A stretch of DNA of 63,907 bases, counting the filler, from Collodictyon triciliatum (taxonomy: Eukaryota), in assembly GCA_043381765.1 (NCBI GenBank). It is 13 parts of 13 records of this genome, joined end to end, with 100 filler letters (N's around TTAATTAATTAA, not from the genome) between each part and the next. Parts side by side here need not be neighbours in the genome. Positions count along the whole stretch, not along the records: positions 1 to 4,973 come from JBHJMP010005602.1; positions 5,074 to 10,033 come from JBHJMP010005603.1; positions 10,134 to 15,077 come from JBHJMP010005604.1; 10 more parts are not named here. One strand, written 5' to 3'. The notes under the pieces are model-generated. The model was not told the origin of the DNA. It saw only the letters and a list, made by a program, of their open reading frames with translations, and did not search any database. The position numbers and the translations under genes were made by a program. Shown one piece after another: positions 1 to 12,193 of this stretch; the first letter of the stretch is position 1, and each line of letters begins with the position of its first letter.

Positions 1-315
1 TTTTTTTTTTTTTTTTTGCTTCAGAATGTGGTGGGTTGAGAGAAGGAAAGAAAGTCAGTGTAATAATATTATTTTCAGAATGTGTCCTTTTTTTCTCTCT
101 GTGTGCTTGTTTCTGAGCAAATGAGACTTTTTCTTTTTCTTAGTTGTTTTTTTATGTTCCTCTCAAGTGCGTCTCTCAGTGTGATAACCACGTTTATTCG
201 CATTGTATGTGATGTATAGAATAGATCAACCTTAAACTTTTTGCGCACGTAAACAAACCGATCCGCAAACAAACCCCAGAAACTTATCTGTTTATATTTT
301 TTTGCAAACGAAAAC

Positions 316-338
316 TTTTTTTTCCTTTATTCGATTCA
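316..338 (-). mobile_element. LINE 3'-end stub (about 23 nt)
   Basis: Reverse complement reads TGAATCGAATAAAGGAAAAAAAA, the terminus of the longer copies; no clear TSD. Confidence 0.7.
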
Positions 339-1211
339 GGAAAAACCATTTTCTTTATTTTTGAAGAGCAGCAATCTGTTGAGGTAATACGATGAAAAAA
401 GCCCGCAACATCCATGTCCTACCAACTTAGAACGAAGTATGACTTTGGCCTACTTTCTAACTGGTGGTTTAAGTCGAGTTCCGGCTCTTATTCCCAGTCG
501 AACAATTCAAGAAATAGAGACAGTGCTAATGTCCAGAACTAAAGATATAGAACAATCTTCCTCACAGACCGGTGCATATCAGCTTCAAATCATTTACATC
601 AAAATTACTTCTGTTATAATATTAATAATATTAAAAAGAAACCTCGACTATTAGGCATTTCAAAAGTATTTGTAGACCGCAAGTTCCTCTAGGGATTAAC
701 CGTGTGTCCGGACGGCCATGTGCTTTCCCTTATTCTACTATTCAAATATACCTCATTACCTAATAGAAACACTTTTAATCCTCTTCTCTGCTCCAACGAA
801 ACTGGCCCCGTGGGAAAATAGACCCAAGAAGGAAAATCGAAAAGCCCTTTCTTTCTTTTGAAACATAAAACAATTAAAGTTTCCTTGTTCATCATATAGT
901 TCACTTCATTTTTTACATAAAATAGAAAGAAGGCACGTCGTTTTTATTTCTTGAGGCAGCTCCACAGGTATCCAAGTGATGAATTTTTGGTTGATACACA
1001 TGTTTTGATATTTATCTCTTTACGGAAGGAAAATGTAATTCGGTTATCAAAAATATTTACATAGGGTGTACTCATATTTTCAAAGATGTAAGGGCATCTT
1101 ATTGCCAGGACAGCCAGCAAGTGACTTTAGTGTTTGAATTTTTTGTTTTTTGGTCTTTTTACGGTTTTTTTTTTTTTTTTTTTTGTTTTTTTTTTTTTTT
1201 TTTTTTTTGTT

Positions 1212-1262
1212 AACTTCAAAGATACATCGAATAAAGGGAAAAAAAAAACTTCAAAGTTACAT
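1212..1262 (+). mobile_element. LINE 3'-end stub (19 nt) with 16-bp TSD
   Basis: AACTTCAAAGATACAT [CGAATAAAGGGAAAAAAAA] AACTTCAAAGTTACAT; TSD 15/16 identical. Confidence 0.8.
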
Positions 1263-2316
1263 ATTCGTAGAATTAAAGTTGCTAGTGAGGGTAGAGCGTG
1301 TCATGACTGCTTTTTGGATTTTTTTTCAGGCTCGCAATTGGCTCATGTTTACCTCTGACGCAATGAAAATCTTATTAGTGCGTGAATGCTGTCTGCTTGC
1401 ATCACAGGAGCTAATTTAAGCGAACTAGCGGATGATTATATATTATTAATATTGAATGTATATTTTTACTATATATTTTGATCACATCACATTCAAATAA
1501 TCATTTTTTCGCTAAATTCCTGATTAATTATTATCTTCCACATTTAATGAAATTCCAATTCCATTCTTGTTCACCACATATTAAGTAAAAAATTCTTTTT
1601 CTGGATATAAGTTTGGGAATCCGGCTTCTTTTGTGCGCGTGGACAGGAGAGATGAAACGAAACGCATCGACCTTCCTTATAAAGCAGCAGCTGCTCGCTT
1701 TCTGAACCAAGAAAAGCGGCGAGTGGCTCCAAAACTGGAATTGTGAGGTCATTCTGTCCCGATTAACGCGCCCATTGGGAATTCCAACTACCCATTTAGA
1801 ACCACCTGGGTTTCTCAAGGCAGAACAGAAAACACCTGGACACCAAAAGATAACAACCCATGGAGGCTTCTTTGGTTTGTTTGGCGGTTTTCCTTGCTCG
1901 GTTTTCACATACTTCCATCCACCGCGCTCATCCTGATGGCAAAGCACAATATTATGCAATCAGATCAGATCAGATGATGTTTCTCGAGGGGATGAGATTG
2001 ATCTAATCTTCACGCCGCAAACAATTTTCTTGAAGTCCGCCGTGCTTAGTGCCCCATCAGCCTATTTTCCCTTGGCTATCAGCGAGCACATAGACGGAAA
2101 TGGATTGTAGTAGCGATCAAAGAAATCTTTTTTTTTTTACGTAATGATTGAAATGCGAAACACTACCGATGATTGTAATGTCAAGTCAGCCATAGCTCTA
2201 TCAATCACGAGACCTAAGAGAGTACTTTCATTCGCCGAAGACCAATCCCTTCGCCTGAAAAGCGCCTATCGTAGGAACTGAGTCAAGGCTGAACCTGCCT
2301 GGAGAACTTTGACGAC

Positions 2317-3303
2317 ATGAGCAACGAGGCTGAAAATTTCTTCCAAACTTCAACTCTCTTTACTCACACCCAGAAAGGCGGTGCCAGTCATTCTGACCGC
2401 AAAGGTATTCTTGATTTGGCCAACCACCAAAACATCCAACTTTCTCCAGCCCGCATCTACCCGCACTCGTCCTGCATTTCTCACAACACGACGGAAGTGA
2501 GTTATTCTCAAAAGCAAGTATCGAACGACACGTCCGTCTGTATGGGCAAAGTCGGGTATGACTGGGGTACATTGCAGCATCAAGGATATAATCTAAGTGA
2601 CGAAACTGATATAGGATACCTGTTTTTTGATACTAACCAGTTTCTTGATGATTCAGAAAAGGTGACATATGATGCAGGTACTGTAGTCTCTATTCCTCCA
2701 GAGTTTCACCAAAGTCACTATCATCAAACACTGGCTTCATTATCTCACCCATTCGCCCCTATAGACACATATCCAACAGAGTTTGATTTACACCCCCCTA
2801 AGGAGCATAACAGCCACTCATCGATGCGAGGATACAATGACACCAGTTTGGAGGACCTAGACGAAACGCTTGAACCTAAAATCCCGACAATCGATCCGAA
2901 AAGACTTGTATCTGTTCGTAGCAATTATACAGGTGATTCGACCTCGAAGTTGGAGGATGCCACAACTTTCATCCCTTATATGATTAACACGCCTGAACGG
3001 AAACCAACTAAGGGTCCACTGCAGACAAAAACTCAATCACCCGTGGCATCAAACAAGATGCGACCAGCAAAATTGGAAAAATCGAACAAAATACAACGGA
3101 GAGTGTATGTAAAACCCTTCATCCAGTACTGCAACGAAGTCAGGACTACAGTCAGACGCACTTACCCCTTTGTGTCCAATAACGAACTGATGAAAATTAT
3201 CGGGAAAAAATGGGCCGCACTCTCTCCTCAAGAAAAGGCACAGTACAGAATTGAGAGGACCGCAGTGCAGTTCCATCCCTTCCAGGCTACAAAAGAAGCA
3301 TAG
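2317..3303 (+). CDS. Intronless HMG-box protein (C-terminal HMG box), 328 aa
   Basis: KPFIQYCNEVRTTVRRTYPFVSNNELMKIIGKKWAALSPQEKAQY fits the HMG-box pattern; long S/T/H/P-rich N-terminus; ends in TAG. Confidence 0.85.
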   Translation: MSNEAENFFQTSTLFTHTQKGGASHSDRKGILDLANHQNIQLSPARIYPHSSCISHNTTEVSYSQKQVSNDTSVCMGKVGYDWGTLQHQGYNLSDETDIGYLFFDTNQFLDDSEKVTYDAGTVVSIPPEFHQSHYHQTLASLSHPFAPIDTYPTEFDLHPPKEHNSHSSMRGYNDTSLEDLDETLEPKIPTIDPKRLVSVRSNYTGDSTSKLEDATTFIPYMINTPERKPTKGPLQTKTQSPVASNKMRPAKLEKSNKIQRRVYVKPFIQYCNEVRTTVRRTYPFVSNNELMKIIGKKWAALSPQEKAQYRIERTAVQFHPFQATKEA

Positions 3304-3509
3304 TTTGAGAGAATTTAATCCTTATAACACTTTTTTTTAACGCCAAACCTAGTCTTCAGTTAGTTGGGTTTATCTAAAACGCTGAAAATTTATCTTGACA
3401 ATCCACCCAGTTGATTGCAGACAAATGTTATTTTTCTTTTTTGTGACTTGCTAAAAGTTCTCTCTTTTTTATTTTATCTTATCTCGTTTCACTGCTCACA
3501 TTCACAATA

Positions 3510-4126
3510 TTTAGATCCACTGAAATAACCCCCTGTGCTGTTAGTAAGCACTTTGTCACAAATCTTGGTCACATCTGAATCTTCTGGGTCATCAAGATAA
3601 CACCACAATAAATCGGTCAAAAAGTGTATTCCTCATATAGTCATGGTTTTCATCAACTCTTTTTCTTTATCGTCCCGTATATTGTGTTATCCATCAATCG
3701 CCCTTGATCTTGGAAGTGAAACGTACTTTATATGAAGCTAGATTCCTAGTTAAGACTGAAGGGGGGTGGAACATTGATAAGTTCTGTGAGTCCTTGACAA
3801 GCATGTATTTTTCTTTTATGAAATAAATGGTTGGGAAATATGTAATTGCCGGATAGAATATGATCAGAATAATTGAGAAAAAAATCGGATACTAGTAATC
3901 ATCAGCTGCTCATCATATCGGCTGGGCAGACATAGTTGGTGACGAAAGAGAAAAAAAAAAGTGAAATGTAGCTGAGGATACCAAGGGTAAAGGGTCAGTG
4001 TCTAATAAAAGGTACGAAGACAGTGATGGTGCAAGTGGCTCTATCATTTGGATACCGAGACATTAAACTCCCCTACCGAGTGACAATACATTGAACGAGT
4101 ATACTGGCTAGTTATATCATAACCAA

Positions 4127-4193
<67 letters not shown>

Positions 4194-4910
4194 TTGCCAC
4201 CTGCTTGCGTATATGAATCTGGATTGCATGGAGCAGACAGGAGCATACAGAGAATTAAGTTTGTATATGAAAGAAAAACATTATTGAAAATTTCATTCTT
4301 CTGATTCACTGTAGGTTGTGTACGACGGCCAAGGAGCCATAAAAAAGAAAGGACTATGTCAGGCCAAGCTTTGCTATTTAACTTTCAGTGATACTTACAA
4401 ATAAACAAAGAGATTTAATTGGCATTGAAAACTATATAGAATGAATAGATTGTAAAAGAGAACGATATTCAGGATTAGTGGATACAGCAGAGAAGATATG
4501 CCATCTGAACAAGAAAATTTAAGGCGAAAAAGAAAAAAATAGTATGCTTTTGCGCTAGCTTGGATAGACCGAAAGCGAATAGGAATTTCTCGAAAATTAT
4601 ATAGGTTTTGTGGGTATGTTCATTTTATTGGTTGAGATAAAGGTATAAGCTCGTCAAATACGTCGGCGTCTGTAAATTACGGCTGCAGATTCTGATATTA
4701 GCATAATGGAAAAAAATATTGGTATGAGATAGATAAGCAACCTCTTCAATAGATGCTCCATGCTTGTCATGGGTTTGTATCAACTCAACAGAACATTATA
4801 GTCACATTTTCAATATATAGTGGAGAAAAGTAGGATGGATAATATTCTTTATTTGAGATACCAACGCCCTTCAACATCAACTGGTGATGTTGAAGTTGCC
4901 AAGTTCTAGA
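3510..4910 (-). CDS. Possible multi-exon gene of unknown function (small exons, 5' end off contig)
   Basis: Several short AG...GT-bounded segments on the minus strand, e.g. FLTDLLWCYLDDPEDSDVTKICDKVLTNS near 3530-3630; no consistent frame could be assembled. Confidence 0.3.
4128..4192 (+). repeat. (AAT)n microsatellite; similar tracts at 41595-41710 and 62069-62147
   Basis: Read directly. Confidence 0.95.
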
Positions 4911-4973
4911 CCATATTTGCTCGGAAAGCAAAGAAACACAGGGGGTCGGTTTCCTCGGCTTTGTTTTCTCTCA

Positions 4974-5073
4974 NNNNNNNNNNNNNNNNNNNNNNNNNNN
5001 NNNNNNNNNNNNNNNNNTTAATTAATTAANNNNNNNNNNNNNNNNNNNNNNNNNNNNNNNNNNNNNNNNNNNN
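4974..5073. other. Artificial contig linker N44-TTAATTAATTAA-N44 (also 10034-10133, 15078-15177, 20133-20232, 25190-25289, 30243-30342, 35294-35393, 40345-40444, 45400-45499, 50451-50550, 55501-55600, 60550-60649)
   Basis: Identical 100-bp spacer with stops in all six frames, about every 5.05 kb; complete contigs between linkers are 4944-4960 bp, consistent with size-sorted unplaced contigs. Confidence 0.98.
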
Positions 5074-5140
<67 letters not shown>

Positions 5141-5165
5141 TTTTTTTTTGTTTTTTGACGCAAAC

Positions 5166-6962
5166 CGATCTTAATAAAAAGGGCTGTGGAGACTCGTGGA
5201 TATGGTTGTAGACAATCTCATACCTTGGAACAATTAATTGACATTTCAAACGAATACAAGAAAAACGTGCCTGGATTACATAATTGCATTTATATAAAAC
5301 CTTTTCGAAGTTAACAATATTTACATTGAAACAATATATCGATACGTAAGACCCTGAAAAAATCCACTTATGTTTGATAAGATGGCTCACTTGTTGTCAA
5401 TCAGTTTTTGGTGAATTTTTGGAATCTGTTTGAAGAAATCTGCAGGGGTTTCGTTTCCATGTGTATCGTCCATGAAAATGTAATCACATGATTTTCTCAA
5501 CTCAGATGCTCGAAGCCAATTAGTTAAGACATTCGAAAGTAGAATCTCGTTTGCGGCTTCATAGGAGAATGACTTCAAATTACCATTCCAATCAACCTGT
5601 TTTTATGATTATTTAGTTATTTTTGTTCATTATCATCATTATTATCATTTTGTAAAGCGGATCTAATTTTGTCCTTAAAAATTTCACTCATTGAATAGAG
5701 AGAAATAGGTTCACCTTCATAAACTCTAAGGGGATGGATATACTCTTGTTTAAATTTTCTGCTCTTCCTTCAGGAAGAACAAAGTCATGTACCACTATTA
5801 CTCGGAGGTGTTCTGTGATTGATTCGACATCATCAGCAGCCAAAGATTTCATTTCGAGGAGTTTCTTTAGAGTAATATCCTCTTCATCTTCATGACCTCC
5901 ATCATCTGGAATCAGCAGTGGAATAAGAAGACATATTTTTGTGGTGTTCACTGGATTCGTATAGTTGACGATTGGATTATCCCAGCCACGATTGGATGCA
6001 GGCGCGGGACTCTTCAAAACATATTCGAAAATCCTATCTTCAAGCACCCTTTCAAGAGCATCCTCTCTTTTGTCCTCTTTTGTCTGCTGTTGTTGCTTCT
6101 TGCGGTAGTTTTCCAATTCATGGCGCTCCTCATGACTCAAAGCGTTGTCTGAAAGCGTTGTATTTTTACCTTCAGGGGATGTTGAATTCCCCAAAAGAAG
6201 GGATGCAGCCTTTTTGAGGTATGAATCATAGTCGCAGGTGGATTTTGTTTCCACCATTTCATTTATCTCAAGCGCCAAAGCAGTCGAGTTTTGAAGGCAA
6301 CGTTTGTGTGCCTCAAGTAGTTTCTTGAAACTTTTTTCTTTCTCTGCCATCTCCTTGACCAGTTTTGAGCGCTCTTCTTTGTCCTTCTCGCGTGCCATCC
6401 CTATGGCTCCTGAATCGCGCTTCAATGAGGAGACTTGAGAGCGAAGATGTATATTTTCTTTGTTGCATGTGGCAACTTCTGATTGAGCTTGTTCTGTTGC
6501 GTTTGAAAGATAAAGCTTTGCAGACTTCAGGTCCTCAATGTGCCGTTGGAGCTCATCCACTACAATCTGCTGTGCTTGAAGCTGGCTTTGATGTTGGGCT
6601 GCTTCCCTCTTGGTCTTGGTGAGAAGAGCGTCCTACGTTTTCAAGAGACAGGATGAATAAGAAAGAAAGAAAAGTGGGATAAAAGAAAAACTCTCCAAAA
6701 CAGAAAGAAAACAAAAACGTATAAAAAATATTAAAAAAAAAAAAAGAAAAGATTAAAAAAAGGACAAAAGAGGGAGCAATAGAGCCACCGTGATGGGCTA
6801 TTTGTCGCTCCTTACTAGCAACGAAAGCTCGTGCTGAACTTCAAACAGCTTCTCCTCGTCTGAAGAACGTTGTGCATATAACCAGCCAACAAGGGTCGTG
6901 CAGGTGATCGCATAAACAAAAATCCAGACGAAGAAACCTCGCCCGATCCTGACCCTCCTCAT
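5166..6962 (-). CDS. Type II membrane coiled-coil protein, possibly glycosyltransferase-like; 3' end off contig
   Basis: Exon 1 MRRVRIGRGFFVWIFVYAITCTTLVGWLYAQ (signal anchor); exon 2 long coiled coil (ORF 5688-6560); exon 3 has CDYIFMDD (DxD-like); GT-AG junctions in frame. Confidence 0.65.
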
Positions 6963-7835
6963 CCTTTTCGCTTGTGGCTCTCCCTCTTCCTGTTTGTGCT
7001 TTTGATTGCTTTATTTCAGGCTTTATTTTTCTTCAAAAAAAAAGAAAAGAAAAGAAAAGAAAAGAAAAAGGCCTTTTACCTCAACCTTTACAAAGTCTTG
7101 TCTTTAAGGGAGAGAAAAATAGACAAAATAGAAAGAAGCAACTTGACTACAAAACAAGGAGAGGAAGGCAAGGCGAAACGAAATAAAATGAAATGAAGTT
7201 TTCGACTGAAAGGCTGCGTCATTGAAAACCGTCCTTGTGCGTTGATTTGTGGCGCCCATATCAGCCAAACCACGAATAATGATTTAGGTCGAGGAGTCAG
7301 AGGATATGTTGCGACCATCAAGCAACTTGCTCAAAATACACCTCGTATTCACTCGTAATTCAACAGATATGGTTGCCAGCCTCATCCTTAGGTAAAAGCC
7401 TGACAAACCCCTTACCCTTCATCAGCACCAGAAACCATTTCCTTTCGTCATATGTCCACATCATCATCCAAAAAGGAGATATAAACAAAATCCTTCGACA
7501 CCATTAATCCTTGGATTATATTCCTTGTTTTCAATCATAAGAAGGAAAATGATTAGTCATTTTTTCCTAATACCATTTATTTTTTTCCTTTCCTTTCCCT
7601 TCCTTTTTTTTTTCTTTGGTGTTGTTCAATTCCTACAATATTGTTTTTTCTAGCTTTTGCTATTGAGAATCAGCCGAGCTTGTGCGTTATTTTTTTTTCT
7701 GAGATGTCACATCTGAACCGCACCACCATACCTCAGCATGCATTTCGTTAGTCATTCACTATGTAGCTTTTCTTGCTTTTTCTAATGTCGATTATATGAT
7801 ATTGAAACTATGGTCATTTAAAAAAACTTGATTAT

Positions 7836-8330
7836 ACTCCCAACCGACACAGCGCGTCTGACATCCTGTTTGGCGCACAATACCAAATGACCCACGACTG
7901 TAGAATACTCTGGACAGTCACAAGGGGACATATGCTGTTGTCATTATGGAGTGTGCGTGCATTCTCTCGCTCTAATGATTCACCCAACGAGAAATCAATG
8001 TATCCAGGCTTGAAAGCCTCTTGCAATACAGCTTCCTGAACAGCCTGCTGAAACACGCCCGCATTCTTCGCTACTCTGACCGCAAGTGAAGAGAGATGTG
8101 GGAATGTATCGTGCGATATCTCCCACAGCACATCCAACCCCTCCTACCCACGTAACCAATCAATCAGTTGGGACGCCCACCAGACCAACTCGCTATCACT
8201 GATTTCTTTCCAGTGCTACCCTCTCCGCAGTAGTGTCTGCATTTGCTCGCGTTTGCTCTCTCCCATGCGCTCCCATCTCGCCCCGTTGTATGGCATAACC
8301 TCGCTGCACTTTGAATCGGATGAAGGGAAA
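7836..8330 (+). mobile_element. 5'-truncated LINE (L1/Tx1-like) 3' end, about 490 bp
   Basis: Reads ASDILFG...WTVTRGHMLLSLWSVR, like an ORF2 C-terminus, then ...VWHNLAAL*; strongly similar to 54252-54539, 25376-25665 and 55327-55500; stops and frameshifts. Confidence 0.85.
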
Positions 8331-8335
8331 CCCCA

Positions 8336-8850
8336 TTATCCAGGAAACGTGAGTAGCGTCGTAAATACCTTGCAGTCATTATTCAACAATGATATTGGCC
8401 GCCAGTCTGAAAGATTACTCGAGTTTCCTTTCTTTGGTATCAGCCGCACCGTGGCCTCTGTATATCCTTGCGGTAGGTCGCCACCAGACATGATTCCATT
8501 CAGAAAAACCACTAAGAATGCCTTGACCTCATTAAAGAAAGCAGAGTATATTCCGTTGGGCAGCCTGTCTGAACCTGGCGCCTTTCCGTTGTGTAGCGAC
8601 TTGACGGCTTTCCGCAATTCGCCTGTGTCTATCGGCGCCATCATGCTGGCTGCTTGCGAGGGTGAAGCCTTGGAGCAGTTTGTGGTGATAAGCTCGAGAG
8701 TAGCAGCATCATAGTCTCGCCTTGACCACATCCTTGAGAAGAAGTCGCGGGTGTTCTTTTTGTTGTTCTGAGGTAATAAATGCTGCATGTCCTCAGATGG
8801 TGTTCAGGACGGATATATGTTCTTTTCTTTTTCCTTTCCTGGTCCAAAGA
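8336..8850 (-). mobile_element. LINE ORF2 fragment, N-terminal part of reverse transcriptase
   Basis: APIDTGELRKAVKSLHNGKAPGSDRLP...VRLIPKKGNSSNLSDWRPISLLNNDCKVFT, canonical L1/Tx1 RT motifs. Confidence 0.95.
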
Positions 8851-8859
8851 ACCCTTTCT

Positions 8860-9700
8860 CCGTCTATTCAAAGTCTCGCAAATATCTCGCTTCCCATTTT
8901 TCGCTATATTTCTGAATGTCTTAAGCTCCATGAGTTACATAGAATGGAAATCGCTCTCATATCTACTCAAGTATCTTGGTATCATCTTCGGTCCACAAAC
9001 GAATAACAAATGGATAAGCCTGGTTGATGATATCAAGCCGAAAATATCAGCGTGGAGCAACTTCCATATTTCAGATATTGGGAAAGAAAGGTTGTGGAAT
9101 CAAGTGATGCTTTCGACCCTTATCTACAACATGAAAGGCACGTTGCTGAATCTCCAGAGGCTGAAGGGGCTGGAAGACATCTGCCGCAACTTCATCACCA
9201 CAGAGAACCAAAAATACAAAATCAAGACTCTGCAAGCTATTTGAGATATTGGGAGAGACTTTTTCGGATGAATGCCTATTCATCACATAGGAAGATACCT
9301 CACTGATACATAGAGGTGCGCGATATCCTTGGCGTCCTCCTCTGTTTTCAAAGTGCTATTCTTTGGCAAGCTTACCTATGGCATTCTCTCTCCCGCATAA
9401 AGGAGCAATACAACATCTGCATCTTTTGATGAGAGTCATCACTGGACATCATCCTTCGCCTTTATCGATTCTATTCGCCTTATTCCTTGATCTTCTTGCA
9501 TGGCACCCACTCCATCGTTCATATTTTTGATGTTTTGTGCTTCAGACCTGGGCTGTGTTCACACGGGCGGCGCAAGGAACACACGCAACCGTTACGGCCT
9601 GACTGTTTTCGGCACATCCTCTTCTGGAATCAGTTATGGAAATACACCAATCAGAGGAACAGCAACAAAAAACAAAGTCGAAAGGCATTCCAACGAAATC
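8860..9700 (+). mobile_element. Degenerate LINE ORF2 fragment, RT C-terminal/thumb region and downstream
   Basis: KYLGIIFG...KWISLVDDIKPKISAWSNFHISDIGKERLWNQVMLSTLIY matches the YLG...W..L...I...I..W....S..G...L post-RT pattern; weak zinc-knuckle-like HSIVHIF..LC near 9510. Confidence 0.75.
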
Positions 9701-10782
9701 ACCAAAGACCGGTCACGTGTTAAAGAAACAGAGGGAGGCCGAGACTGATCGACTGCGGCAGCAAATAGGAGACCAGGCGAGAGGAACAGAAGGGAAAAGA
9801 GGAGATGAACTACGCCACTCAGACTGACGAATTCTGGAAGCAGCGTGTCTACAAGGAAGAGCGGTATCGTTAATTCGATTTAGGGCGACTTCATCGGCTG
9901 TTGTTATTGCTTTTATTTTTGTTTTGTTTTCGTTTTATTTTCGTTTTATTTTCGTTTTATTTTCGTTTTATTTTCGTTTTATTTTCGTTTTATTTTCGCT
10001 TTATTTTCGCTTTATTTTCGTTTTCTTTTTGTTNNNNNNNNNNNNNNNNNNNNNNNNNNNNNNNNNNNNNNNNNNNNTTAATTAATTAANNNNNNNNNNN
10101 NNNNNNNNNNNNNNNNNNNNNNNNNNNNNNNNNTTTTTTTTGTGTTTTTTTTGTGTTTTTTTTGTGTTTTTTCATGCTTTTGTGCGCCATTTTGTGGGAC
10201 TGGGTTGGGTTCCTCGTCTGATTCATCTGTAGCTGTGTCGGAGTGGCCGGTCTCTGGTTGGTAACCCACAAAACAATCAGCATCGCTGCTCTGCTTTTTT
10301 CTGCAAGGTTTGTGGAATTCAAATGTTTGAATAGAAAATGAACTTTCACTTTTTTAAAATTATTAATAGTATACTCTAACAAAAAAAGTATATGTGGAAT
10401 AAGCATCAAAGTTCAAACTTTCACAAACCAATGGTGATTCTAATGTGGGCTTCATGTCGATTATTCAAATGTGGAATAAAGCCGCGAATTGGCACACTCA
10501 CATTTTGATCTGGAAGAACCGCATGTGGAAACCCTCTGATTCAAGAAAACAGATGAACGGCCTTTAATCAAGCGCGCGCCCACCATTTCACCCACAGAAT
10601 CGTGATTGAGCAACACTTACAGAGCCACGGGCGGCGCACTTACTCTGCCGCGGCTGTTTGAGCAACAAGAGTCTGAAGGATCGATTGGAAAAAAACAAAG
10701 GAGTTGCAGTGGTTGGAAGAATGCCAATTACCTTGAGGCTTAACTAAGAAACTAATCTGCCCAGGAAGAAATACTACAGAAA

Positions 10783-11619
10783 ATGCTGTCTGCCACCGTC
10801 CGTCGTGCCTTCAACGTCTCTTCGACCCGTCAATATGCTGCTGGTTTGGCTACTTGAATTCTCTTGTTCCCTTCTTCCTTTTATTTGACCGTGTTTTTTT
10901 TCTTTTTTTTTTGTGAAGAAAAAGTTTGCATCATCTTCTCGACCGTCCGTAAGGCAACCCTGCTATAAAGCATCTTTCTTTTACATAAAAATATTCATTC
11001 AGAGGCTCTTTCTTGCCTTGCAATAATTCATTCCTCCACTTTAAATAAATCAATCGTTTACAAATGACAGTTGTCCGCTATGCAAAGAGCCACGAGTGGG
11101 TTAAGGTTGGTCTATCATCTTCCTCTTCAACCGCCAACCCCTCATTCCACCGAACAAACAGAAAAAAAAACATATGACAATCACATAAATCCTGAAGGAA
11201 AACTGCTTCTGTTTGTTCAACAACCAGCTCACCCTCTACTCAACTCAACTCAACTCAACTCAACTCAACTCAACTCAACTCAGGTCGAAGACGGCGTTGC
11301 CACAGTCGGAATCACCAACCACGCACAGAACGAACTGGGCGAACTCAACTTCGTGGAGCTGCCCAAAGACGGACGCACAGTCAAGGCCGGCGAGTCGTTT
11401 GCTGTGGTCGAGTCTGTCAAGACAGCCAGCGATGTGTATGCTCCAGTCTCCGGGACTGTTGCCTCCTCAAATGGGGCCGTGGCCAAGGATGCTCTTCTGG
11501 TCAACCAGGCCGCCGAGTCCGATGGCTGGCTGGTCAAGCTCAAGGTCACCAGCAACATCCAGAAGGAGCTCGATGCCCTTCTCTCCCTCGACGAGTACAA
11601 AAAGTCTCTCTCTGCCTAA
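10783..11619 (+). CDS. GCSH: Glycine cleavage system H protein with mitochondrial presequence; exons 10783-10843, 11071-11105, 11284-11619
   Basis: MLSATVRRAFNVSSTRQYAA presequence; YAKSHEWVK; GITNHAQNELG; lipoyl motif VESVKTASDVYAPVSG; GT-AG introns keep the frame; TAA stop. Confidence 0.97.
11241..11281 (+). repeat. (CAACT)n intronic microsatellite abutting the GCSH exon 3 acceptor
   Basis: Read directly. Confidence 0.9.
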
Positions 11620-12193
11620 GCCACCTTCCCATCTGCATCTTGCCATGTCTTCTTTCCTTCCTATGCCTGTTCCCCCGTCTCCTCGGACAAAGGGGAAGAA
11701 ATGCCCACGAAAGAAAGACATGGATTGGAATCGCCTGCGTGAAAGACATCACCCAACCTCCACCCTCAGGAACTAAATGTGGAAAATAAAATAACACATC
11801 GAATTGACATTATTTGACCCATAAGCCCTCGCACAGCACAGCCTGAAAGCAATTATATAAAAGCCTGTCCCATACAGCCCAACTACTTTCCTTCCCATCG
11901 GCTCACAATTAACTTTCGTAAATGGTCTCTAAATAAATACGCCCAAGCGACCGAAGCCTGCGAGATTCATTCTACAGACCAAGTCTGCCAATTGGGTGAT
12001 GTTAATGCCGGCCATGAGATAAACAAAAGCCGTAACGTATCTCTAACTTGGAGGGGCTTCGGCTCCCGCGAGCGGGTTGATTCGTCAGTTGCGGCACATA
12101 CCTTGCACTAAGCACGCAGAATCAAGAACGAAACATACCAGTCATCATCTCGTTAAAGCAGAACTAATGTAGGGCCTTATAGCGAAGTTTCGC

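Noticed and set aside
1531-1959. 142-aa minus-strand ORF, and coding-like patches at 29300-30000 and 51400-52480
   Set aside because: No recognisable motif or consistent exon structure; may be decayed genes but cannot be supported
4478-4505. U6-like CAGAGAAGAT
   Set aside because: The match is too short and the flanks do not fit U6
12050-12115. cUUCGg hairpin plus TTGCACTA resembling the U2 snRNA 3' end
   Set aside because: No U2 branch-pairing region or Sm site upstream
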